Positions 39,117-47,489 of a stretch of 64,000 nt of DNA are shown here, piece by piece (position 1 is the stretch's first letter; the number at the start of each line of letters is the position of its first letter). The stretch comes from an uncultured virus (IMG/VR IMGVR_UViG_3300031276_000162) (taxonomy: Duplodnaviria > Heunggongvirae > Uroviricota > Caudoviricetes). The notes under the pieces are model-generated. The model worked only from the letters and a program-made list of their open reading frames with translations, was not told where the DNA came from and ran no database searches. Position numbers and translations under genes: made by a program. Location of the stretch: IMG/VR virus record IMGVR_UViG_3300031276_000162; one strand, written 5' to 3'.

Positions 39117-39503
39117 ATGGGCATGGTGAAGTGGCTCTTGATAGGTGGCGCAGCGGCAGCTGGCTACCTGCTGTACACCGCCCAGCAGAAGGCGGAGCGA
39201 GACTGCAAGATGTGCAAGCGGCTGGTCACCGAGGGCAACGATGCAACCAGGGTGCACTGGCCGTGCCCGAGCTGCGCCGTGCGCCTTTACGACCAACCCT
39301 GCCGCAGCTGCGCTGAAGTAGCCATCGCTCAAGCGCCCATGATCGCGACTGAGCTGGTACGGCTCAAGGCCGAGTACTCACGCTTGCCGGGTGACCGAGC
39401 GAAACGCGAGCAGGTGGCAGCCGAGCTAGTCGGGCTGCCCACCAACATCGTCATGCTCGCCCAGCGCGCGGGCCTGGCCCGCCCCCAGATCCACCTCACC
39501 TAG
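39117..39503 (+). CDS. N-anchored protein with three CxxC
   Basis: AGGAG RBS; CKMC, CPSC, CRSC. Confidence 0.65.
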   Translation: MGMVKWLLIGGAAAAGYLLYTAQQKAERDCKMCKRLVTEGNDATRVHWPCPSCAVRLYDQPCRSCAEVAIAQAPMIATELVRLKAEYSRLPGDRAKREQVAAELVGLPTNIVMLAQRAGLARPQIHLT

Positions 39504-39516
39504 AGGAAACACCAAC

Positions 39517-39927
39517 ATGTCGTACGAAGCCGTTCAGCCAACGTTCTATCAGTTCAAGGTGCCGGGCACGCCGTGGCAGACCGGCGCTCCGGGCTGGAGC
39601 GTGGCGCCGGTGCCGGGGTGGGGCCAGAACCCGAACCAGGTGGGGCCGCCGCGCATCGCCGTGAACGGCCCGGGCGACGACCCCCTCAAGCCGGTGGTGC
39701 AGCTGGCCACGCTGGGCGTGCTGGTGCTCGCCGGGGTGATGCTCTGGAAGTACGGGAAGAAGGAGCAGTGGTTCACGCCGAACGCGGGCGTGAATGGGTA
39801 TTGGAGGATCGTGAGGCGCAACGGCAAGTTGGATCCCCGCCGATTCGTCAGCTCACATGAGGCGGGCGCCGCGGCCAATAAGAAATATGGTCTCGGTAAT
39901 TGGACGTTGGAGTGGGAAGAGGCGTAA
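39517..39927 (+). CDS. Membrane protein with FTPN junction
   Basis: Pro/Gly/Trp-rich N-part, TM, FTPN then extra module. Confidence 0.7.
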   Translation: MSYEAVQPTFYQFKVPGTPWQTGAPGWSVAPVPGWGQNPNQVGPPRIAVNGPGDDPLKPVVQLATLGVLVLAGVMLWKYGKKEQWFTPNAGVNGYWRIVRRNGKLDPRRFVSSHEAGAAANKKYGLGNWTLEWEEA

Positions 39928-39948
39928 TGGCGCCGCAGAGGTAATGCC

Positions 39949-40746
39949 ATGCTGATCGACGAGAAAGCGCTGTACGACGAACTGGTGGACGCGGGCCTGC
40001 TGCCCGACGTGCCCTACAACGCCGCGAGCACGCAGGAGCTGGCCGCCGTCCGGCGCGTGGTGGCGGGCCTGAACGCGCCGCTGGTGCGCACCGCCACCCA
40101 GATCTACGACAAGCTGGAGCGGCTCTCCGCTGAGCAGAAGCCCTACCTGCGCAGGGTGGGCTACGCTAGCGTGTACATCGTGGGCACCATCTACAAGGGT
40201 GTGCCCGGCCGGCAGTACACGATCAAGCACACCGATGCGTGGAAGTCGCCCCAGATGCCGTGGGCGCTGCAATGGAACGCCGTGCTGGGTGAAGAGGGTC
40301 AAGACGAGGTCGTGACCGGTCAGGATGCGCTGCTCGATCTGGGCAACACCTTTCCGCAGGACTGGGAGAGCGGCTCGGACACGCCCGAGGAGGCGATGGA
40401 GGAGTTGCGCCGCAACATGATCCATCAGATCGAGCGCGAGTCTAAAACCAGTGTCATGCAGACCCTGCTCAAAACGGTGGAGCGGCTGGCGCCGTTCGAC
40501 ATTCCCCGGGTGTGCCTCATCGGCGAGAGCATGGGCGGCCCCTTCGAGTGGCGCGTGGTGGCTGGCGATGTGGTCGAGAGCGAGCAGGAGGCCGAGCAGA
40601 AAGGGGCGTGGGTGACCGCGACGGAGCGCGAGGTCGGGATCGGGTTTATGGATCCTCACGAGAGCCCCGGCGACGCGATTGCGGCCTTTGGGGAGTCGGT
40701 TCAGAACATCCCCGCTTACACCTTGCCCAAGAAGCACAAGAGGTAG
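39949..40746 (+). CDS. Hypothetical protein
   Basis: GAGGT RBS; coding-like. Confidence 0.75.
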   Translation: MLIDEKALYDELVDAGLLPDVPYNAASTQELAAVRRVVAGLNAPLVRTATQIYDKLERLSAEQKPYLRRVGYASVYIVGTIYKGVPGRQYTIKHTDAWKSPQMPWALQWNAVLGEEGQDEVVTGQDALLDLGNTFPQDWESGSDTPEEAMEELRRNMIHQIERESKTSVMQTLLKTVERLAPFDIPRVCLIGESMGGPFEWRVVAGDVVESEQEAEQKGAWVTATEREVGIGFMDPHESPGDAIAAFGESVQNIPAYTLPKKHKR

Positions 40747-40749
40747 AAC

Positions 40750-41358
40750 GTGTACGTCGCACTCGGACAAGAGGCCCAGCAAAACGGCGAAGCCGCCCCG
40801 CCCCCCGTCGGACCCTACCCGGTCCGCGCCGGCCGCGACTCGCCGGACCACAGCTACCCGTACTACCGGTGGGCGCCGCCGCTGCCGTTCAACTCGCCGC
40901 TGTGGAGCGCGAGCAAGGCGTGGGGTCGCTTTCCGTGCGGTCCAGCGTATCAGGCGCCCCCGGGCGAGAACTGCCCCAGCTGTTTCAATGGGCTCGGTGC
41001 CTACTACGCGGCCCGCCCGAACTGGCCCACCGCGCTGGGCGCTGACGCGACCCCGGCCGAGCTGGAAGCGTGGGCGCTTAACCATCTTCCAGCGTGCTAC
41101 TCGGACGGATTCCACCAGTGCTTCGTCAACGAGCATCTCGACGCCTACCCGAGCTGCAAGCGGTTCGTGGACGCCTACCATGTGGGCGGCGACACCGGCC
41201 CCGTGAACCAGGCCGTCCGGAAGATCCCGTACTGCCCGGAGCCCGCGGCGCGCATGAGCGAGGCATCGCTGATGTCGGGCCCCGTGGGGCTGGCGGTTGC
41301 GGCCGTGGTGGGCGCTGCGGTAGGCTGGATGGCCGGCAAGGCATCTAGCAAAGGCTGA
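40750..41358 (+). CDS. Tail-anchored Cys-rich protein
   Basis: MYVALG, FNGLG, TM. Confidence 0.7.
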   Translation: MYVALGQEAQQNGEAAPPPVGPYPVRAGRDSPDHSYPYYRWAPPLPFNSPLWSASKAWGRFPCGPAYQAPPGENCPSCFNGLGAYYAARPNWPTALGADATPAELEAWALNHLPACYSDGFHQCFVNEHLDAYPSCKRFVDAYHVGGDTGPVNQAVRKIPYCPEPAARMSEASLMSGPVGLAVAAVVGAAVGWMAGKASSKG

Positions 41359-41363
41359 AACTC

Positions 41364-41783
41364 ATGTCGCTCGACGAAACGAAGTGGGGAACCCGATGTA
41401 GCGCGCCCGTGGGGACGCTGTTCGGGACCGTGGCGCTGTTTGACCGTGGCCGAGGCTACCAGTTTGCCCGGGAGGACGCGCTGGTGGGCCCCCTGCTGCC
41501 GAGCCTGACGCGCGCCACGCAGTACGCCCAAGCCAAGGGCTGGCGCCTCACGCTGCTGCAGGACGCGGGGGTGGTGGGGGAGCAGAGCGCCCAACCGGTT
41601 CAGGCGGCCGTTCTGCCGGCCGGGCAACTGTCGGTGGAGCCGAAGCCGGCGGCCGCGACGCTGCCCACCGCGCCAGCGGCCCCCCTGCCCCCCCTGCCCG
41701 CGCCCAAACCCGCCGCCCCCAAGGTGACGAGCGCGCCGGCGCGCCCGCGCGGGCGGGCGAAGCGCGGCCGCGGGAAGAGGTAG
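41364..41783 (+). CDS. Hypothetical protein with Pro/basic tail
   Basis: Tight packing with neighbours. Confidence 0.6.
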   Translation: MSLDETKWGTRCSAPVGTLFGTVALFDRGRGYQFAREDALVGPLLPSLTRATQYAQAKGWRLTLLQDAGVVGEQSAQPVQAAVLPAGQLSVEPKPAAATLPTAPAAPLPPLPAPKPAAPKVTSAPARPRGRAKRGRGKR

Positions 41784-41785
41784 CT

Positions 41786-42304
41786 GTGGCGAAACGCAAA
41801 GCCGGGCCCCGGGGTCTGCTGTCGTGGGTGGACGACGCGCTGGAGGAGATTGGCCTGGTCGACGTGACGGCGGCCCAGACCCCGATGGGGACGCCCACGG
41901 TCGAGATCGACAGCGTGGTGGCCATCCAACTCCTGTCGGAAGGGGAGTACGCGGTCATTCTGATCGAGCCCGAGAATGGAGCGTACGAGGAGCATGGGCG
42001 CTATCACGGCCCGCACGCGTTCGAGATTGCGCTCAGCGAGGCGGTGGAGCACCTTGCGCGCTATCAGCTGCTCGGCGAGCACCTCGCGGCCAGCGAATAC
42101 GCCTCGTGCGAGTACGAAGACTGTGACGGCGAGCCCAAGGTGGAGATGATGGGCACGGGCCAGAAGTTCTGTGCGTACCATGGAGCGATGGTCGCCGTGA
42201 TGAACGTGACCCCGGCCGCCGACCGAGTCGAGGCGGTGCGCGAGGCGATGAGCGTGCCGGAGTGGCGGAAGTTCAAGCGCGCGGTTGCCCAGAGCAAGGA
42301 GTAG
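41786..42304 (+). CDS. Acidic protein with basic leader
   Basis: MAKRK; C-x4-C...FCxxH. Confidence 0.65.
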   Translation: MAKRKAGPRGLLSWVDDALEEIGLVDVTAAQTPMGTPTVEIDSVVAIQLLSEGEYAVILIEPENGAYEEHGRYHGPHAFEIALSEAVEHLARYQLLGEHLAASEYASCEYEDCDGEPKVEMMGTGQKFCAYHGAMVAVMNVTPAADRVEAVREAMSVPEWRKFKRAVAQSKE

Positions 42305-42306
42305 CC

Positions 42307-44460
42307 GTGGCCCGAGCGAGCTGGCCAGGGTCGGAATTCGCGGGTGCGCATTTTGACTACGCGCGAGCGGCCCGGAAACTCGACCGCTGGGACTTCATCG
42401 CGGCCTTCCTGATCTGGGCCACGCGCACGGCGGAGCGGCGCAAGGTTACGGGCGGCATGCAAGTGGTCGCAACCGAGTCGGGCTTCGAGTATGGATGGCC
42501 GGGCCTGATGCAGCCAATCAAGGACTCGCGCGAGCTGTACGAACGGGCCCGCCGCACGCCGCTGAGCTTCTACACGCGCCAGGCTGATGACCTACGCGCC
42601 GATCTGCTTGCAGAGGAGTCAGGGATGAAAGCAAACGCGCGCCGCAAGTCAAACGTCTCACCCATCGAGGCGCTGTCGCTGGCTAAGGTAAACGAGGGCG
42701 GAGTGGACTGGCAGACCGGAGAGCGGGTGGTGTTTGCGTTCACGCACAACACCCAGAAATCGCCCGGCGCCGGTCCCGGCGACCGCTACCAGCAGAAGAT
42801 CGAGCCGGCGGGCTACTACGCGACGGCCCGTGACGAGTCGGATACCGCAGCGGCCCCGCCGTCGGGGTGGGTGTGGGGCACAGCTCAAGTTACCCCGCTC
42901 GTGCTGGTCGAGAACACTCGTCGCGATGAGGAGGGCGTCTACGGACCGCACTCCCGGAAGGCGCGGCTCAGCGCGCACTACGGCGGCAAGAAGCGCAAGT
43001 CGCTGAGCCAGGCCGTATTGCGGGACGGCTACGACGCCATCGTGACCGTCGGCAAGTACGGCACCGGCGAGATTGTACTGCTGGACCCCCAACGCAGCAT
43101 TATCGGAACGGACGAACCCATGAGACAGAACGCATCTTCCGCCGCATCGGCCCGCTCACCCAGCGGCAGCTCCTGGACCACTCGCGCACCGTTCCACGTG
43201 GGCGGACAGTGGCGCTGGGTGACATGGACTCATCGCCACGCGAATAAGCACGCGGCCATCATCGAGAAGGCAGACGAGCTGGGCGCTGACGGTTGGGACT
43301 TCGGCCAAGCGGACCACGATCTGACCCGTGAGTCGCGGTATGCTCGCAACGCGAGCGAGCGCGGCGAGCGCATGCGACGCAACGGATCTCGTTGGAGTCC
43401 CGGCGACCCTCCCTTCCGGGTGATGGGGGAATCCAACGTTCCTACTGGTCCGGAGAGCGTGCCGTGGGTCGAGAGTAGCCACTGGAGCGAGGCGGATGCA
43501 GAGCAGGCACGCGATGCGTTGAAGCGTGAGGAGGGCCGAGCGTTCAGCTTCTGGGTCGAGCAGCGCCCCGGCGAGCGGATGAGCGCGAACCCGTCTTGGG
43601 GTGAGGGCTACGGCTACCCGTTCGTGACGCCCCGAGGGCGCCGCCTGCAGATGTTTCGCAAGGGTCAGAAGGTGCGCTTCTATGACGAGCGCGGCCGGCA
43701 GGTGGGCCCCGAGCAAAGCAATGTCGGGCCGGCCGTCGCTTATGCCATGGAACAGGGCTGGCGGGACGAAGGGGCAAAGGCCCAGGCGCGCCGACCGTCA
43801 CGTTACCAATGCGCGCGCTGCGGCGAATACACCGACGAGTCCAAGCTCAGCTCTGAGGGGGAGTGCTCAGCCTGCGCGATAGGCCAGGGCTTGCTCGGCG
43901 AGAGGTCGCAGCCGCAGATGTCGAAAAATGCGGCTCGGATGCGCCCCGCAGTGCGCCGCCTCGTGGCGGCGGTAGCTGACCAGCGAAACTTCGGCCGCGT
44001 GAGTCACCAGACAATCGAGGATGCCATCCAAGGGGGCTACGTAGTTGAGTTGCGGGAGGGCGTGCCCGGCTATGAGTATGGGGTGTATCCGTACCGCGCC
44101 ACAGACAAGGGTCTGGGGGCGCTGGGGCGCGCCACCAGCAAGGCTACCGGAAGAATGGACCCAGGTATTTTGCGTCGCCAGCGTGAAGAGATTGAACATG
44201 ATCGGCGCGTCCGGTTGCGTCCCAACAAGACCGGCCAGGGCAAGTACTGGGTCTGGCTCGTGCAGAAGGGGACGAACCAGCCGCTGCGGAGCGAGGGTCC
44301 CTACGGACCCCACGATCTCGAAGGGGGCAAGACGTTTGCACGCATCGGCGCCACCGAGGGCCAGCATGACCGCGCCGTGAGCCTGGGGCGTGACCCCGGC
44401 TGCCCGAGCTTCCAGATCGTGCGCCGCTACCGGGCGGGGACCGGCGAGCGGGTCATCTAG
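42307..44460 (+). CDS. Polyvalent-like modular protein A
   Basis: Dissimilar modules separated by MKAN, MRQN, YARN, MRRN, MSAN, MSKN, LRPN. Confidence 0.75.
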   Translation: MARASWPGSEFAGAHFDYARAARKLDRWDFIAAFLIWATRTAERRKVTGGMQVVATESGFEYGWPGLMQPIKDSRELYERARRTPLSFYTRQADDLRADLLAEESGMKANARRKSNVSPIEALSLAKVNEGGVDWQTGERVVFAFTHNTQKSPGAGPGDRYQQKIEPAGYYATARDESDTAAAPPSGWVWGTAQVTPLVLVENTRRDEEGVYGPHSRKARLSAHYGGKKRKSLSQAVLRDGYDAIVTVGKYGTGEIVLLDPQRSIIGTDEPMRQNASSAASARSPSGSSWTTRAPFHVGGQWRWVTWTHRHANKHAAIIEKADELGADGWDFGQADHDLTRESRYARNASERGERMRRNGSRWSPGDPPFRVMGESNVPTGPESVPWVESSHWSEADAEQARDALKREEGRAFSFWVEQRPGERMSANPSWGEGYGYPFVTPRGRRLQMFRKGQKVRFYDERGRQVGPEQSNVGPAVAYAMEQGWRDEGAKAQARRPSRYQCARCGEYTDESKLSSEGECSACAIGQGLLGERSQPQMSKNAARMRPAVRRLVAAVADQRNFGRVSHQTIEDAIQGGYVVELREGVPGYEYGVYPYRATDKGLGALGRATSKATGRMDPGILRRQREEIEHDRRVRLRPNKTGQGKYWVWLVQKGTNQPLRSEGPYGPHDLEGGKTFARIGATEGQHDRAVSLGRDPGCPSFQIVRRYRAGTGERVI

Positions 44461-44638
44461 CGCCCCGCTCCGCCAACCGCTTCACCCGCGCCAGCAACTC
44501 CTCCCACTCTGGCTTCGTCGGGATGTACGGCTCGCCGTCGGGCGCCGGGGCGAAGCACGTCTCGGTGCCGTCGGGCGCGCGGGCCCACAGCCACCCATCC
44601 CTCGTGAACCAGCCTACGCGTAACTCGTTGGGTGGCAT
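44453..44638 (-). CDS. Small hypothetical protein
   Basis: Minus-strand TTGACA-16-TAGGCT just upstream. Confidence 0.5.
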   Translation of the reverse strand: MPPNELRVGWFTRDGWLWARAPDGTETCFAPAPDGEPYIPTKPEWEELLARVKRLAERGAR

Positions 44639-44647
44639 ACGCGGGTC

Positions 44648-44712
44648 AGCCTAGCAGCATCGCCTATGGTGTCAACGGTGCGCTTGACGGGCCTCCGCGC
44701 GGCGGGTAGCGT
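44648..44712. promoter_or_regulatory. Back-to-back sigma70-like promoters
   Basis: GGTGTCAACGGTGCGCTTGAC core; + TTGACG-17-TAGCGT; - TTGACA-16-TAGGCT. Confidence 0.6.
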
Positions 44713-44719
44713 TGCGCGC

Positions 44720-45448
44720 ATGGCCCTCCCGCCCGGCCGTTTCCTGCTGCCCCCCGGCACGAACGTCGACAAGGCGCGGCTCTACCACGCGCTGCGGGAG
44801 GCGGGGCTGCAGCCCTTGCTGCGCGCGAACGAGCACGGCCCGATGCTGGGTCTGGGCGGGGTGACCAAGCTGGAGAGCGGCGTCGGCCCCGTGCTGCAGG
44901 GCATCTCGGTGGAGCACAGCGTGCCGCGGGTGCGGGTCGGGCGCATCGAGCAGCCCTACATCTTCCCGCACGCCTTGGTGGATCTGTGCCTTAGCACCTG
45001 GGCGCTCCAGCGCGACTTGCGGGTGAGCTTCCGGGGCCTGATGACGCCGCGCCGCGCGCAGCTGCTCTACCCGTGGCGGGGGCGGCCCGGGGTGTCGCTC
45101 CTGGGCACCGAGCGCGGCCGCGCGAGCGGCACCAAATACTGGGACACGGAGTACTTCGCGGAGCTGGGCCGGTCGGAGTACGTGCTGTCGCCCGACGGGG
45201 ACTTCCCGTTCGCGTACCGCACGTTTGAGGCAGCCCTGTGCGGCGCCGTTCCGATCGTGGAGACGCGCCACCCGTGCTACGGGGATCTGCACGTGCTGGC
45301 GCTCGGCGAGGTGACGCCCGAGACGCTGCCGGAGTGGTCGGCCGAGTTGGCCGCAGAGAACCTGGCGCGCGCTGAAGCGCTCACGACGGTGCCGCGGGAA
45401 GCGCTGCGGGCCGAGGTCTACCGGCTGGGCGGGTGGCACGGCGCCTAG
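44720..45448 (+). CDS. Exostosin-like (GT47-type) glycosyltransferase
   Basis: F.G...R, Y...L.RS.YVLSPDGD...YRTFEAALCGAVP. Confidence 0.75.
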   Translation: MALPPGRFLLPPGTNVDKARLYHALREAGLQPLLRANEHGPMLGLGGVTKLESGVGPVLQGISVEHSVPRVRVGRIEQPYIFPHALVDLCLSTWALQRDLRVSFRGLMTPRRAQLLYPWRGRPGVSLLGTERGRASGTKYWDTEYFAELGRSEYVLSPDGDFPFAYRTFEAALCGAVPIVETRHPCYGDLHVLALGEVTPETLPEWSAELAAENLARAEALTTVPREALRAEVYRLGGWHGA

Positions 45449-45507
45449 GCCCGGGCCATAAATTCCCGGAATCAACGCGCAAATCGGCGGCGTTTGACCC
45501 GCGCGGC

Positions 45508-45530
45508 ATCGTGACTCCGGGAGTCACGAT
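45508..45530. repeat. Perfect 11-bp-arm palindrome
   Basis: ATCGTGACTCC-G-GGAGTCACGAT. Confidence 0.85.
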
Positions 45531-45624
45531 CCTGAATTCCCCCACGCTCCAAGTGCCCGGGATCACGGGCCCCCACGGCCCCACCGCCGCCGTAAACGGG
45601 TCAAACGAACCGCCACCGGGTTCC

Positions 45625-45669
45625 TTTGACCCGGGTGACCAGGGGGGGTTCCGGAACGTTAGGCAACGG
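45625..45669. repeat. 45-bp inverted repeat, left copy
   Basis: Exact reverse complement of 47195-47239; imperfect match extends to ~75 bp. Confidence 0.92.
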
Positions 45670-45931
45670 CCGCGGGGCCGGCTCGTTTGGCCCGAAGATC
45701 GCCACCTCCGGGCGAACTCGGTCCAAAGCAGCGCCGTCGCAGGTCGGCGGCGTTGGCGCCCTCGTCGGCGCTCTCGTACAGCTGGGCCGCGCGCTCGACG
45801 TCTCCGTCGTCACCAACAGCACGGCGGAGCCGGTCGAGGGCAGCGTAGTCGCCAGCGCTGCCACCTAGCCTGTCGGCGAGCTGGTTCAGGTCACGCCAGA
45901 GCGAATCGTCGATGGAGTACCGCGCCGTCAT
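45659..45931 (-). CDS. Small helical protein, paralogue of 47540-47800
   Basis: Y.ID...R.L..LADR.GG..YAA.DRL....G...DVERAA.LYE......A.DLRR.C.GP shared. Confidence 0.7.
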   Translation of the reverse strand: MTARYSIDDSLWRDLNQLADRLGGSAGDYAALDRLRRAVGDDGDVERAAQLYESADEGANAADLRRRCFGPSSPGGGDLRAKRAGPAAVA

Positions 45932-46887
45932 AGGTTCCTCACTTCTGGCCTACGCCCCCCACCCCCAGAACCTTCCCTCGCCCTCAGCGCCTTCCACTGC
46001 GCATCGCTCAGATAGGCCAGTGTCCACCCGCAGCACCCGCAATGCGGGCACGCCGGCGCCGCCGGGTCCTCGTCATCCGGTAGGTCCCGCCAGAGTGTCC
46101 CGTACTCTCGCACAGTACGACGCCCTCGAAGCGCCACGTCCACCATCGCTGCGAGTAGCGGATGCGTCTGCGACGCTCGACCGTCGCTCCGCGCCACGCC
46201 TTTCGTGAGGTACTTCGCAACTTCAGCACTGGCACCCTTCTGCGATTTGACTCGCTTCACGTTGTACTGCTCGCCGCAGCCGGCGGCCACCACCACGCTG
46301 CGCAAGGTGGCCAACACGTCCTTCTGCAGGAACGGTGATCGGACCAAAACGTGGATGTGCACGAGGCCGCCGGGGCTCACCTCAAGTTCGGCATGAGCAG
46401 CAGTCGCCCCCTGCACCTTCATGACCGCCCACGCCGCCTTCCACCCGGCCCACGCGGTCTCCGCATCGGCGACGATGCGCTCCACGCTCGTGCCCGGCGG
46501 CTTGCGTACCGTGAGCGTGTGCAGCCACCACGACTGCCCCCGGCGCTTCACCGGGTACACGCGCATCGCCCGCCGCAGTCGCTTGCGCCGCCGCTGGGCC
46601 CCGTCGCGCGCGCAGCTCGGGCACACCCGGCTCTCGCAGTCAGCGGAAACCATCGCGTGGGTCAGGTCAGGCCGGCCGCAGCCCCTGCAGACGGGCACCG
46701 CCATCATGGAGCCGCAGGCGCGGATGCGCGCCGAGCGACTCCCGGTGCCCTCGAACCAGGCGACGGCGTCCGCCGCCAACCCCTTCCACTCGTGGAACCC
46801 GAGCTGCACACCGGCGCGGTCGAACCCGAACGCCAACTGCCGCCGGGCGTCGCATGGGACATCGGGCAGCTCCCCAGGCGGGGGCAT
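45928..46887 (-). CDS. rep: Rolling-circle HUH replication initiator (Rep_1-like); start uncertain
   Basis: C..C/C..R.CP.C, motif I HTLTV, motif II HIHVL, motif III EVAKYLTK, LRGRR...YG. Confidence 0.85.
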   Translation of the reverse strand: MPPPGELPDVPCDARRQLAFGFDRAGVQLGFHEWKGLAADAVAWFEGTGSRSARIRACGSMMAVPVCRGCGRPDLTHAMVSADCESRVCPSCARDGAQRRRKRLRRAMRVYPVKRRGQSWWLHTLTVRKPPGTSVERIVADAETAWAGWKAAWAVMKVQGATAAHAELEVSPGGLVHIHVLVRSPFLQKDVLATLRSVVVAAGCGEQYNVKRVKSQKGASAEVAKYLTKGVARSDGRASQTHPLLAAMVDVALRGRRTVREYGTLWRDLPDDEDPAAPACPHCGCCGWTLAYLSDAQWKALRAREGSGGGGRRPEVRNL

Positions 46888-47194
46888 GTCCCACGGCGCC
46901 TCGGGTGAGCCGGAAAGCTGTGTGGTGTCGTGTGGTTCGAATTTTGCGGATATTGCGAGTGGGTCAAACGAAGGTGTGCCGGGGTGTGCCGGAGGTGTGC
47001 CCGGCACACCGTCAAACGAAGTGCCCGATGAAGTGCCCGTGCCCGTTTCGGGCGTTTCGCCCGAGTGCCCGTTTCGGGCACTTCGCCGGTGGTCGTCCTG
47101 TGCTCGGTCCCGTGGTCCGTCCCGTGACCCGTCCCGTCCGGTTCCCGTAGGGGCGGCCGGACCAGTGGACGGGTCAAACGAACCGGCCACCCGT

Positions 47195-47239
47195 CCGTTG
47201 CCTAACGTTCCGGAACCCCCCCTGGTCACCCGGGTCAAA
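47195..47239. repeat. 45-bp inverted repeat, right copy
   Basis: CCGTTGCCTAACGTTCCGGAACCCCCCCTGGTCACCCGGGTCAAA. Confidence 0.92.
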
Positions 47240-47279
47240 CGAACCCCCCAGGGCTGGCGTTGGAGTCGAGTTTCTCGAC

Positions 47280-47489
47280 TCAGTCGTCCTCAGCCCGCCA
47301 CCGGTCAGAATGCCCGCGGCGGAGTAGCTGATAGGGGATCCAACTTTTGTCGGCGCTGCCCTCCCAAGCCACGAGAACCTCATCGTCTTCGAATCCGAGC
47401 ACTTTGCCTTGGTCAAAGTCCTCAGTGTACGGGTCGCCGGCCTCAACCGGCAGCTGAAGGCGGATGTCTTTCTTTCGGAGTCTTGCCAT
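47280..47489 (-). CDS. Small SH3/Tudor-like protein
   Basis: GKV......VLVAW......WI pattern. Confidence 0.5.
   Translation of the reverse strand: MARLRKKDIRLQLPVEAGDPYTEDFDQGKVLGFEDDEVLVAWEGSADKSWIPYQLLRRGHSDRWRAEDD

Noticed and set aside
45928..46887. IS91 transposase
   Set aside because: Single-Tyr EVAKYLTK and motif layout fit Rep_1, not the Y2 YxxRY motif.
46888..47238. N-terminal extension of Rep in the ORF track
   Set aside because: Runs through the IR and hairpin repeats with low-complexity translation; probably non-coding, though the true start is uncertain.
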